A stretch of 64,000 bases of DNA from an uncultured Chloroflexia bacterium (GTDB lineage Bacteria > Chloroflexota > Limnocylindria > Limnocylindrales > CSP1-4), in assembly GCA_963775855.1 (NCBI GenBank), contig CAVZKO010000008.1, positions 116,965-180,964 on the forward strand, written 5' to 3'. The notes beneath the pieces were generated by a model that saw only the letters and a program-made list of their open reading frames with translations, did no database searches and was not told where the DNA came from. The position numbers and the translations under genes are program-made. Positions 54,307 through 64,000 of this stretch are shown piece by piece. How positions within the stretch are numbered: position 1 is the stretch's first letter; each line of letters opens with the position of its first letter.

Positions 54307-56062
54307 TCAGTCGGCGGCGGGTAGCGGTGGTCGCGGACGATCCTGGCCGCCTGCCGGCGGAGCCGGAACGGGTGCGGCATTGGTTGCCCGGAGGGGCAGC
54401 TCGCGCATGAACAGTGCCACCACGAACGCGGCGACCGACGTCCGCGACCGCGATCCAGAAGGTCTGGGCGATGGCGAGGCTCATCGCGTTGTTGAACGCC
54501 TGGTCGAACTGGGGGACGAAGGGCTGGATCGCGCTCTGGAAGGCGGCCGGGACCTGCTGCAGGATCGCCGTCCCGAAGCTCTGGCCGACGCCGGTCTGGT
54601 TGTTCAGGTCGATCCCCTGCCCCGACTGGATCAGCTGGTTGAAGCATCGAGTGGAACTGCTCGATCTGGGGGCGAGCCGCCTCGGGCGCCTGGGCAGCCA
54701 GCGAGTTGAAGACGGGTCCGTCTGGGCTGGAAGCTGATCCCTGAGCGCCGTCCCGAACTGCGTCCCGGCGATTGCCAGGCCGACGGACCCGCCGATCTGC
54801 CGGAAGAACGTCAGGTTGCTCGTTGCCACGCCGAGCTTCGAGAACGGCACGGCGTTCTGGACGATGATCGTGAAGACCGACAGCGTCGGGCCGATGCCGA
54901 GCCCGGCGATGAACATCCAGAAGAAGAGCGCCGGGTACGGGGTGTCGGCCCGGAGCTGGGTCATCAGGGCGATGCCCACCGTCATCGAGACGAGCGCGGC
55001 GAGGATGATCGCCTTGTACTTGCCGGTCCGCGACACGAGGGCGCCGGCGACGATCGAGCTTCCGATCAGCCCGATCAGCATCGGGAAGATCAGATACCCG
55101 GAACTCGTCGCCGACTCGTGGCGAACGACCTGGAACCAGCGCGGCAGGAAGATGATCGCCCCGAAGAAGCCGAAGCTGACGAGGAACGTCGAGATGATCG
55201 ACGACGCGTAAGTCCGGTTCCGCCAGAGATCGAGCGGAACGATCGGCTCCTTGGCCCGCGACTCGACGAACGCGAACAGGGCGCTGCCGAGCAGGCCGAT
55301 GGCGATGAAGCCACCGACCGTCGGGTCGGTCCAGTCGCCTGACAGCTTGTTCGTCAGGCCGACGAGCAGGAACCCGATGGCAATCGTGAAGATCAGGCCG
55401 CCGAGGTAGTCGAAGTTGCGCGAGGCGCCGGTCCGCTTGATCGTCGGCAGCAGCCGCCAGATCACGCGCGAGGCTGACGATCCCGATCGGCAGGTTGACG
55501 AAGAAGATCCAGTGCCAGCCGACGTTGTCGGTCAGGAAGCCGCCGAGTCCGGGTCCGATCAGGAACGAGATCCCGAAGACCGCTCCGAACAGGCCCTGGT
55601 ACTTGCCGCGCTCTGCGGGAGTGAAGAGGTCGCCGATCACCGCCAGGGCGATCGGGAAGAGGGCGCCGGCTCCGAGGCCCTGGATGCCGCGGAACAGGAT
55701 CAGCTGCCACATCTCCTGGCTCAGGCCGGACAACACCGACCCGACGAGGAACAACGTGATGCCGATCATCAGCATCGGCTCGCCGGCCGTAGATGTCGGA
55801 GAGCTTGCCGTAGAACGGGACGGTGATCGTGCTCGTCAGGAGGTAGATCGTGACGACCCAGGTGTACAGGTCGTTGCCGCCGAGATCGGTGACGATCTTG
55901 GGCAGGGCCGTTCCGACGATCGTCTGGTCGAGGGCGACGAGGAACAGCCCGAGAAGGACGGCCCCGAGGATCTCGAGCTTCTGCCGCTGGCTCAGCCCGA
56001 GGGCTGGATCTTCGGCGACAGCTGGGGGTGGACCCGCCGTTCTGGGCGGGGAAGGCTTCCAT
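54307..56062 (-). CDS. MFS transporter, DHA2 (EmrB/QacA) drug-efflux family, 14-TM type, split over 3 frames
   Basis: N-terminus in ORF 55462..56385 (QRQKLEILGAVLLGLFLVALDQTIVGTALPKIVTDLGG...YGKLSDIYGRR). Middle in ORF 54222..55775 (MLMIGITLFLVGSVLSGL...FRGIQGLGAGALFPIALAVIGDLF). C-terminal half in ORF 53744..55465. The stop at about 54307 is recovered in the correct frame by hand. Confidence 0.7.
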
Positions 56063-56068
56063 GACTCG

Positions 56069-56590
56069 TTAGTCCCTTCGTGCAGTCTGGGGGTGAAGGT
56101 GGTCGTGTCCCGAGAGGTAGTCCGGGCCGAACTCCTCGAGGACGGCGGCACGGATGTCGTCGAGCGCCGCCGCGAGGCGATCCAGCTGGGGCGCATCGAG
56201 GTGGCCGAGGATCGCCTGCAGACGATCATGCTTGACTGCCTCGATCTCCTCGAGCGCCTGGATGCCGCTCTTGGCGATCCGGACGAGAACGACCCGTCGA
56301 TCGTCCGGGACCCGGACGCGCTCGACGAGGCCTCGCTCTTCCATCCGGTCGACGATGCCGGTCGCGTTGCTGAACGAAACGTCAAGGAGCTCCGCCATCC
56401 GGCTCATCGGCAGATCGCCGTGATGCTGGAGCAGCCACATGACGTGCATGTGGGTCATGCTGACCCCGGCCTTGACGAGACGGCCCGTACCCGCACAGCG
56501 GAATCCCGCGATCATGTCGTGGATGCCGGAGGCGATTCGGTCCTTGGGCGTCTGGTCGTTGACAGTTGAGGCCGTGTCAATAGTTCGCAT
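56069..56590 (-). CDS. MarR-family transcriptional regulator, intact
   Basis: Complete 173-aa ORF with a winged-HTH core (MSRMAELLDVSFSNATGIVDRMEERGLVERVRVPDDRRVVLVRIAKSG). Sits immediately upstream of the MFS efflux gene. Confidence 0.85.
   Translation of the reverse strand: MRTIDTASTVNDQTPKDRIASGIHDMIAGFRCAGTGRLVKAGVSMTHMHVMWLLQHHGDLPMSRMAELLDVSFSNATGIVDRMEERGLVERVRVPDDRRVVLVRIAKSGIQALEEIEAVKHDRLQAILGHLDAPQLDRLAAALDDIRAAVLEEFGPDYLSGHDHLHPQTARRD
56559..56580. promoter_or_regulatory. Inverted repeat TTGACA-N10-TGTCAA overlapping the marR 5' end; candidate MarR autoregulatory operator
   Basis: Read directly: ttgacagttgaggccgtgtcaa at 56559-56580. The arms are exact reverse complements. Confidence 0.3.
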
Positions 56591-56669
56591 TGAGTGAATA
56601 ATCTACCAGCTGGCAATCATCGCGTCAACATGGATCATCGGAACACAACGAGATCGAGGGAGGCCGCGC

Positions 56670-57645
56670 GTGCGTTTCGCGCTGATGATCGAGGCCCAGC
56701 AGGGTCTGACCTACGACGAGCAGCTGGCGATCGTCCGGCGGGCCGAGGCGGCCGGGTTCGAATCGTTCTTCCGATCCGACCATTACCAGAGCTTCCCGGG
56801 CCCGGCGGGGGAGCGCGACCACCGACGCGTGGGCGGTCCTCGCCGGGCTGGCCCGGGAGACATCGCGGATCGGGCTCGGAGTGCTGGTCTCCCCGGTGAC
56901 GTTCCGCCACGCCGGCAACCTCGCCAAGGTCGTGACGACGGTCGACGAGATGTCGGGCGGCCGGATCGAGTTCGGGCTTGGCGCCGGCTGGAACGACGAA
57001 GAGCACCGCCAGCTCGGGCTGCCGTTCCCGCCGATCAACGAGCGAGCCGACCTCCTCGAGGACAACCTCGCGATCCTCCACGGGCTGTGGGGCGAGCCGG
57101 ACGGCTGGTCGTACACCGGCAAGCAGCTGAGGATCGAGGGCGCCCAGTTCTACCCGAAGCCGGTCGACGCGCCCGGCCGCCCGCGCCTGCCGAACGGCGC
57201 CGCCCGGCCGCGGCTCCTCGTCGGTGGCGGAGGGACGCCGCGGTCGATGCGGATCGCGGCCCGCTACGCGGACGAGTTCAATCTCTCGTCGTCGTCACCG
57301 GACACCGGCCCGAGAGAAGTACGCGGCAATCGCGGCCGCCTGCGAGGCGATCGGGCGGGATCCGGCGACGATGACCCGCTCGACGATGGCGGGCGTGCTC
57401 ATCGGCCGCGACGCGGACGAGGTCGACCGGCGGAAGCGGGCGCTCCTGGCGCGCGTTCGGCGATGACGCCGGGGGCGAGGACTGGATCGACGCCCGCGAG
57501 CCGCGCTGGATCCTTGGCACGCCGGATCAGGCCCGGGCGATGGTCGCCCGGTTCGAGGAGGCCGGCGCGCAGCGGATCATGCTCCAGGACTTCCTGCCGC
57601 GCGACCTCGACATGATCGACCTCATGGCCGAGGCCCTGTTCTAGG
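56670..57645 (+). CDS. LLM-class F420-dependent oxidoreductase (luciferase-like monooxygenase family), 2 frameshifts
   Basis: ORF 56670..57374 N-terminus (VRFALMIEAQQGLTYDEQLAIVRRAEAAGFESFFRSDHYQSF). ORF 56881..57615 middle (IGLGVLVSPVTFRHAGNLAKVVTTVDEMSGGRIEFGLGAGWNDEEH). The C-terminus ...AQRIMLQDFLPRDLDMIDLMAEALF ends at 57645. Confidence 0.7.
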
Positions 57646-57652
57646 TCGTCGG

Positions 57653-58847
57653 CTACTCGGCGGCGGCGGCGGACTCGGCGTAGCGCGGGTCGTCGCGGCG
57701 GATCGGGTCCGGATTCGTCCCGCGGGCGCGGGCGATGCGTTCGGTGAGGAGCTGCAGCGGCGTCGCGGTGCCGAGCAGCGCCGCGACCGGCGCCGGCAGG
57801 GACGGCGCCTCCTCGACGAGGAGCCGACCCGCGGGCGTCAGCGACGGCTCGAGTCTCGTCGTCGAGGTCGCGGGCGAGGATCGCGGCCGCTCGAAGGCCG
57901 AGCACCCGCGCCGCGGCCAGGGCCTCGCGGGCCCGGCTCGAGCCGATCCGCTCGCGCCGTCGCGATCGGCTGAGGATGAGGACAGCCCCGTCGACTCGTC
58001 CGTCGCCGGCAGGTGGCCGTGGAGGAACGTCTCGAGGTCGCGCATCGTCGACGGCAGCCAGGAGGCCTCCTCGACCTTGATGGCGAGCTCCCGCGCGGCC
58101 GGTCGATCGGCGCCTGATGCAATCACGAGCAGGGTTCGTGCGTCGGCGAGTCGCGCGGCGATCGCTTCGGCGCCTGCCTCGTCCCGCGCCCCGGCCGCCA
58201 GCAGCTCGACGACGTCCTCGGCGACCACGGGTCGCGCCGCGAGGTGCGCCGCCGATCGACGTCGCGGCGATCATCGGCGAGACGTAGCCGACCGTATGGC
58301 ACCAGCTGTGGTCGAGCTCGACGGTCTCGACCGTGATCTCCGCGAGCTGACCGCCGGGCGATCCGGCGCTCGCCGTGAGCATCGCGGTCCGGGCACCGGC
58401 CGCCGCGGCCCCGGCGATCGCCCGGTTCGTGGCGCCGGTCCCGCCCTCGTGCGATACGCCGATGACGAGCCCTCGCGACGGCGGGTCGAGAGCCAGCTCG
58501 AAGGCCTGCGCGGCGATCACCGAGCCGACGCCACCGTGCATGCCGGCCGCCCGGATCGCCTCGGTGAGGATCTCGACCATGGCGAGGGCGGCGTGCTCAC
58601 TCGTGCCGCAGCCTGTGACGACGATCGGCTCGCCCGCGCTGGCCGCCTGCCCGACGGCTCCCGCCAGCTGGCCCGCCGGACCGTGCGGATCGGCGAGGCG
58701 GTCGAGGATCCGGCGAGCGATGAACGGCTCGGCCGCGATCATCTCGGTCATGTGATACGGCGGGCCGTCGCGAAGCGATGGCTGGGGGCAGAAGGCCCAC
58801 GGATCGGGAGCGCCTGCCAGCGGCTGTCTCGGGTCGAACTCGGTCAT
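57653..58847 (-). CDS. SIS-domain sugar phosphate isomerase (AgaS/GlmS-isomerase-domain-like), one frameshift
   Basis: N-terminal SIS domain in ORF 57399..58925 from MTEFDP (IVVTGCGTSEHAALAMVEIL...VIGVSHEGGTGATNRAIAGAAAAGARTAMLTA). Second SIS domain in ORF 57653..58228 (TLLVIASGADRPAARELAIKVEEASWLPSTMRDLETFLHGHL). Confidence 0.65.
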
Positions 58848-58881
58848 ACGCGGAGTATGGCCCGGGCGCGCAGTGGGTCGC

Positions 58882-59277
58882 TCACCGAGTGCGCGGGATG
58901 CGCCCGATACGGCCGAGCGGCGCATATCGGAACCACGCCCGCCCGACGAGCAGGTCGACGGGCACCGGCCCGTAGCGTCGCGAGTCGACGGGCTCGCCCA
59001 ACCCCGCCGCCATCAGCTCCGCGTCGTTGGCGTCCGACAGCAGCCAGGCCTCGTCGGCCGCGAGGATCAGATAGCCATCGGCGTACGGCACCCGGTCGCC
59101 CGGACCCGCCGCGACTCGCTTGATCGCCAGCGCGTCGGAGTCCGGCTCCCGGAACACGACGACCGAGCCGCGCCGAGGCCAGCGATCGACGGTCGGGTCG
59201 ACCAGGAGCCAGTCGCCCGGCTCGATCGCCGGGCGCATCGAGGCTTCGGTCACCGCGACGCGCCACGGTCGGCGCAA
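58882..59277 (-). CDS. sodX: Nickel-SOD maturation protease SodX (S26 signal-peptidase-like), intact
   Basis: Complete 131-aa ORF directly downstream of sodN, with an S26-like serine region (VTEASMRPAIEPGDWLLVDP) and later ...KRVAAGPGDRV. Confidence 0.7.
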   Translation of the reverse strand: MRRPWRVAVTEASMRPAIEPGDWLLVDPTVDRWPRRGSVVVFREPDSDALAIKRVAAGPGDRVPYADGYLILAADEAWLLSDANDAELMAAGLGEPVDSRRYGPVPVDLLVGRAWFRYAPLGRIGRIPRTR

Positions 59278-59338
59278 CCGCCGTCCGAGGGAAGCGCCGC
59301 CGCGCGCGCGAGGGCCGATGGTCAGGAAACGGGCCGAA

Positions 59339-59770
59339 TCAGCCGGGGCGGCCGGCGACGCGGGTCTTCTCGTTGCCGCCCGTCGCCTTCCATGCGGCGT
59401 CGATCTCGTCGATCTGGTCGAGCAGCTTCTTCGCGTCGGCGATGTCGGTCGAGGCCTTGACCTTCGAGACCTGCTTGTTGGCGTTCCAGAACAGCTCGTG
59501 CAGGTTCGGGACCTTCTCGAGGTGCTCGGGCTTGAAGTAGTCGTGCCAGAGGACGTCGAGGTGGTGCTTGACGAGCTCCGCCCGCTCTTCCTTGATCGCG
59601 ATTGCCCGCGTCCGGAACGTCGCGTCCTCGTTGGCGCCGTACTTCTCGATGATCTTGTAGCAGGACTCGGCCTCGATCCGGGCCTGCTCGGGGTCGTAGA
59701 CGCCGCATGGCAGGTCGCAATGCGCTCGAACGATGGTCGCTGGGGCGAGCCATCGGCTGAATCGGGACAT
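59339..59770 (-). CDS. sodN: Nickel-containing superoxide dismutase SodN precursor, intact
   Basis: Inside ORF 59339..59863, from MSRFSRWLAPATIVRA. The mature N-terminus HCDLPCGVYDP is the Ni-hook motif. The body matches Ni-SOD (AESCYKIIEKYG...HHLDVLWHDYFKPEHL). Confidence 0.85.
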   Translation of the reverse strand: MSRFSRWLAPATIVRAHCDLPCGVYDPEQARIEAESCYKIIEKYGANEDATFRTRAIAIKEERAELVKHHLDVLWHDYFKPEHLEKVPNLHELFWNANKQVSKVKASTDIADAKKLLDQIDEIDAAWKATGGNEKTRVAGRPG

Positions 59771-60204
59771 CTGGGCTCCTCCGGGCGATGAGGTTCTGGC
59801 GACCGCGAGATGGGCGGTGGCGCCTGGATCTCGAAGTGTCCGAGCCGCGCGGAAGCCTGTCAAACGTCGGCGCAGGTGGGGTCGAAGACACAGGGATGAC
59901 GCGCCCAGGGAGTCGACGCGCTCAATGGATACGGGTGGTCACGGGCGTGCCGATGCCCTACGATCGAGCAAGCGGGAGACCTCACGCAGCAGCCTGACGG
60001 CATCGCCGCCAGCGGTTCTGTCATCGACCTCCCGCCTGGTGACTGCAGGTTCGATTCCTGCTTCACGCTCGTCGCGGTCGGATCTGCCTCGACGCAAGCA
60101 GACCGCCGGCCATGCAGGCTTCGGGCCTCCGCCGCCGGGCTGCGGTCCGCCGCGATGAGCATCTGATCGACCGGGAGTCCCGGTCCGAACAACGGACGGA
60201 GCCC

Positions 60205-61030
60205 GTGGAAGCACTCGTTGGCCCGCTGATCGCCCTGATCGTCGTCATCCTCGCGCTCCTCCTCGTGCGGGCTCTCGTCCGGGTCGTCACCGTTCACGAC
60301 TACGAGCGCGGCCTGCGCTACCGACGCGGCCGCTTCAGCGGGCTCGTCGATCCCGGAACCCACGTCACCATCGCCCCGCTCACGGAGATCCGCGTCCTCG
60401 ACGGCCGTCCGTCGTTCGTCACGATCGAGGGCCAGGAGGTCCTCACCGCCGACGGCGTTCCGCTCAAGGTCAGCCTGGCTGCCCGCTATGTCGTCGGCGA
60501 TCCAGTTGCCGCCGTGACGGGCGACCAGAGCTACGGACGGGCGATGCACCTCGAGCTCCAGCTCGGACTTCGAGAGGTGCTCTCGGCGCGGACGATCGAC
60601 GAGATCCTCGGCACCCGCTCGACGATCGGGCCGGCCGATCCTCGAACGGACCGCCAGCAAGCTCGCCCGGATCGGGATCGAGCTGCTGGCGGTCGAGGTT
60701 CGCGACCTGATGGTGCCGGGCGACCTCAAGCGGGTCTTCGCCGGGGTCGTCGCGGCGCGAAAGGAAGGCGAAGCGGGCCTCGAGCGCGTGCGAGGCGAGA
60801 CTGCCGCGCTCCGCAACCTGGCCAATGCCGGGCGGATGGTCGAGGACAACCCCGGCCTGCTCCAGCTCCGGATGCTCCAGCAGCTCGGCGGCTCATCGGG
60901 CAATACGGTGATGCTCACGATGCCCGACGGCCAGGGCTCGACCGGCTCGACTCCGGCGCCTGCTGCGCGGGCCGTTCGGCCCAGAGTCAGCGGGACAGGT
61001 CCGAGATCGAACCGCCGTCCGACTCCTGAG
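60205..61030 (+). CDS. SPFH / band-7 (stomatin-prohibitin-like) domain membrane protein, one frameshift near 60640; ends approximate
   Basis: TM helix LIALIVVILALLLVRALV, then the SPFH core VVTVHDYERGLRYRRGRFSGLVDPGTHV...IEGQEVLTADGVPLKVSLAARYVV (ORF 60112..61029). Continues LARIGIELLAVEVRDLMVPGDLKRVFAG...NTVML (ORF 60710..61153). Confidence 0.65.
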
Positions 61031-61125
61031 GGACGCCGCAGACGAGGATCGAGATTGCCGCTCCGAACACTAGGAGGAAGGGGCTTCTCACCGGCGGCTG
61101 ACGTGCGCATCCGGACCGATGTTCC

Positions 61126-62466
61126 GTGCCACTTCGGTATGATCCCACCGTGAGCGAACGCGGGATGCCGATCGCGGACGGCGCGAACGCCTGTCCGTTC
61201 GTCGCTTTCGAGGACGACCGCGATGAGCGGGCGAGCGTCCCCGATCACCGACACCGCTGCTATGCGGAGGTCCGACCGGCGCCGCGCGCGCTGGCCCACC
61301 AGGAGGCGTACTGCCTCTCGAGCGCATTCCCGGTCTGCCCGACGTTCCAGGACTGGGCTCGCCGCGAGGCCGCACGCGCCCGGGATGCGTCGGCCGCGGC
61401 GTCGGCGGCGGCTTCGGCCGCGGCGGCAGCTCGCCGACCGGCCGCGACCGCCGTCCACCCGGCGGTCGCACCCGACGTACCGCTGGCGGCCGCAAGCGCC
61501 GCCGGTCCCGCCGACGACCCGGCCGATCCCGCCGACGGAGATTCGATCGAGTCGGATGCAGCCGTGACCGTTCCGGCAGGCGCTGCGACCGATCCGACCG
61601 TGGCGACGACGAGGACACGGCCGACGCCGACCTCGGAGACGACGACGACGCGGCTCCGCGGCGCAACCCGCCGCGCGACTGGTCGGCGCCGCCGCCCTGG
61701 CTCGCGAGCGCCGAGGCCGGTCAGCCGGTGCCAGCCGAGCCGCCCGACTTCCTCGTCGGGTCGGTCGGAGCCGGGCCGGGGCCTCGCCGGCAGCGCCGCC
61801 GACCAGCTCGCGGGCGGCTCCCCGCCGCCGCGCCGGGTGCCGCCGGCGTCGCGTGTACCAGGCTCCGCCCAGGGACCACGCCGACGCGGGCGCGGCCGAC
61901 GAGCCGGAATTCGAGGAGGCCGATGCGCTCCGCGGCGCGGTCCCGGCGCGTCCGGCCGCGTCGCCGCGTCGCCCGCGGGCCTACGACCAGCACCTCGGTG
62001 GGCCGACGACCGGGCCGGACTGGGAGCGACCGCGCCGCTACGAGGCGTATCCGACGATCAAGACCCGGATGGGCATGCCGGCGATCCCGCGCCTGGCGGG
62101 GATGGCCGCTGCAGTCGCGATCGCGGCGGTCGCCCTGTTCTTCCTGCCGGCCCTGCTCGGTATCGGCTCCAGACGACGAAGCCGGGCGCCTCGCCAACGC
62201 CGACCGCGAGGCCGTCGCGATCGATCGCCCCGACGCCCACCCCCGCCCCGACGCCGATCGTCTACATCATCAAGAAGGGCGACATCCTGAACAAGATCGC
62301 CGCGGCCCACGGGATCACGCTCGAGGAGCTGATGGCAGCGAACCCGGACATCAAGGACCCGAACAAGATCATCGAGGGCCAGCAGATCACGATCCCGACG
62401 CCCTCGCAGGCCCCGCCGGAGGAGTTCGGAGGATCGGCCCAGCCGTCGTCGGCGGCGTCGCCCTAG
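61126..62466 (+). CDS. Membrane protein with an N-terminal Cys-rich (putative zinc-ribbon) cytoplasmic domain, Ala/Pro-rich linkers, one TM helix and a C-terminal LysM domain; internal frameshifts
   Basis: ORF 61126..62466: N-terminus ACPFVAFEDD...HRHRCYAEV...CLSSAFPVCPTF. C-terminus YIIKKGDILNKIAAAHGITLEELMAANPDIKDPNKIIEGQQITIP (LysM). TM helix MAAAVAIAAVALFFLPALLGIGS in alternative frame 61853..62290. Confidence 0.55.
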   Translation: MPLRYDPTVSERGMPIADGANACPFVAFEDDRDERASVPDHRHRCYAEVRPAPRALAHQEAYCLSSAFPVCPTFQDWARREAARARDASAAASAAASAAAAARRPAATAVHPAVAPDVPLAAASAAGPADDPADPADGDSIESDAAVTVPAGAATDPTVATTRTRPTPTSETTTTRLRGATRRATGRRRRPGSRAPRPVSRCQPSRPTSSSGRSEPGRGLAGSAADQLAGGSPPPRRVPPASRVPGSAQGPRRRGRGRRAGIRGGRCAPRRGPGASGRVAASPAGLRPAPRWADDRAGLGATAPLRGVSDDQDPDGHAGDPAPGGDGRCSRDRGGRPVLPAGPARYRLQTTKPGASPTPTARPSRSIAPTPTPAPTPIVYIIKKGDILNKIAAAHGITLEELMAANPDIKDPNKIIEGQQITIPTPSQAPPEEFGGSAQPSSAASP

Positions 62467-62491
62467 CGCGGTCGCCGCAGGCGCCGAGCGC

Positions 62492-62844
62492 CTAGCGCGG
62501 CGCGAGGTTGATCGAGGTGATCTTGCCGGCCTCGACGCGGAACGTCGCGTCGAGGTGGAGCGAGGCGCGCCGGGCCGGACGACGAGGACGTCGGCCTCGT
62601 AGGTATTGCCGGTGTCGCGGACCTCGCCGGGGATCATCTTCAGCCCGGAATCGCCCCGGAGGAACCAGCCGCCGACCCGGTCGACGCCGCGCAGCGTCTG
62701 GGCGCTGTCGCCGACGTGGATGCGCATCTCGGCGTTCTCCGCCATGAGCCCGACCGCCGCCTCGCGGTCGCCCGCGTTCAGCAGCTCGAAGAACGTGTCC
62801 ATGGTGTCGACGGCTCCCACGGGCCGCAGTGTACCCGCCATCAT
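62492..62844 (-). CDS. NTF2-like / SnoaL-like small protein, one frameshift
   Basis: [60 protein letters not shown] (ORF 62038..62910). C-terminus ...[17 protein letters not shown] (ORF 62492..63403). Confidence 0.5.
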
Positions 62845-62850
62845 TCGAGG

Positions 62851-64000
62851 ATGCCGTCGGCTCTCGCCCGCCACTGGCGACTCGATCCGGCCGTGACGTT
62901 CCTGAACCACGGCTCGTTCGGCGCCTGCCCCGGGCCGCGTCCTCGACGTTCAGCGCGAGTGGCGGGACCGGATGGAGGCGGAGCCGGTCCGCTTCCTCGC
63001 CCGCGAGCTCGACGGCCACCTCGCCGCCAGCCGCGCGGCGCTCGGCGGGTTCGTCGGCGCGGATCCCGACGACCTCGCCTTCGTGACGAACGCGACCGGC
63101 GCCGTCAACGCGGTCGTCCGCTCGCTGTCGTTCGAACCGGGCGACGAGATCCTCACGACCGATCACGAGTACAACGCGATCCTCAACGTCCTCCGCCACG
63201 TCGCGGAGCGCGACGGCGCTCGCGTCGTCGTCGCCCGCCTGCCGTTCCCTGGCCGGTCCGCCGACGACGTCGTCGAGCGCGTCCTCGCGGCGGCGACCGC
63301 CCGGACGCGCCTCGCCGTCATCAGCCACGTCACGAGCCCGACGGCCCTCGTCCTGCCGGTCGAGCGGCTCGTCCCGGCGCTGGCGCGAGCGGGGGATCGA
63401 CACGCTCGTCGACGGCGCTCACGCCCCGGGCATGCTGCCGCTCGACCTGGACCGGCTCGGCGCCGCCTAGTACGCGGGCAATCTCCACAAGTGGGTCTGC
63501 GCGCCCAAGGGTGCGGCCTTCCTGCACGTCCGGCGCGATCGGCAGCCGGGTGTCCGTCCCGGGCACGATCTCCCACGGCGCCAATTCCCCGCTCGGCGCC
63601 CGGTCGCGCTTCCGGCTCGAGTTCGACTGGCAGGGGACGCTCGACCCGACCGCCTGGCTGTCGGTGCCGGCCGCCCTGACGTTCGTCGGCGGCCTCGTCG
63701 AGGGTGGCTGGCCGGCGCGCCATGGCCCGGACCCATGCCCTGGCACTCGAGGCGCGCGACGCCCTGGCGACCGTCCTGGGCGAGGATCGGCGGCGCGACG
63801 CCGGACGTCATGCTCGGGTCGATGATCGCGATGGCGATGCCCGAGGGCGGTCCGCTGGGCGGGCCGGCGGCGGCCGATCAGTCGTCGCCGCTCGACGCGG
63901 ATCCGCTCCAGACCGTGCTGTTCGACCGGTTCGGCATCGAGCTGCCGATCGTCGGCTGGCCGGTGCCGGCGGTGGAATCGACAGAACCGATCCGGCGGGT
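62851..64000 (+). CDS. Aminotransferase class V-fold PLP-dependent enzyme (isopenicillin-N-epimerase / cysteine-desulfurase-like); frameshifted; 3' end beyond the window
   Basis: [30 protein letters not shown] (ORF 62716 frame). ORF 62972..63679 ([41 protein letters not shown]...). HKW motif region ([19 protein letters not shown]). Confidence 0.65.

Noticed and set aside
53744-55465. 573-aa ORF that looks like an MFS transporter fused to a Rieske domain
   Set aside because: The MFS C-terminus terminates in another frame at about 54307. The apparent fusion is a frame coincidence. The two are treated as separate genes.

Overview
This is a high-GC (about 70%) chromosomal segment, most likely actinobacterial. 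The evidence is F420-dependent LLM oxidoreductases including an fgd-like gene, a nickel superoxide dismutase with its maturation protease, and pyrR-pyrB-pyrC gene order. I place roughly 58 genes. No rRNA, tRNA, CRISPR array, transposase or integrase was recognised by eye. The dominant technical signal is pervasive frameshifting: most recognisable genes are split over 2 to 6 reading frames with no obvious nonsense codons. This looks more like systematic indel errors than biology, although pseudogenisation cannot be excluded. A minority of genes are intact (GGDEF-EAL protein, sodN, sodX, marR, ArsC-like, PotA).

Main functional blocks, left to right:
- a partial BNR/Asp-box sialidase-like lipoprotein and an OatA-like acyltransferase;
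- an OFA-type MFS transporter;
- a NarL-type two-component system divergent from two tandem CusA/CzcA-like RND permeases, separated by a 160-aa hairpin-less adaptor-like lipoprotein;
- lipB, a GalT-like gene, and an ECF sigma / anti-sigma pair with a large extracytoplasmic domain;
- fgd;
- a pyrimidine operon split into pyrR-pyrB-pyrC, then an inserted block (FAD oxidase, alpha/beta hydrolase, PLP decarboxylase, two unknown proteins), then pyrK-pyrD-pyrE;
- a fused ctaA-ctaB gene (heme A synthase plus heme O synthase);
- a beta-CASP RNase;
- a translationally coupled mttB-family methyltransferase, GcvT-like aminomethyltransferase and Rieske oxygenase operon, convergent with a PotABCD-like ABC importer;
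- a GGDEF-EAL protein divergent from a PKPT-repeat secreted protein;
- xthA;
- an AT-rich islet with a near-consensus sigma-70 promoter driving a small HTH gene coupled to a membrane-anchored secreted protein;
- a LOG-family gene;
- a marR-MFS-Rieske ferredoxin operon;
- sodX-sodN;
- an SPFH protein and a Cys-rich LysM membrane protein.

Most worth following up: the quaternary-amine demethylation cluster, the RND pair with a minimal adaptor, the unknown proteins translationally coupled to pyrK, and the AT-rich promoter islet.
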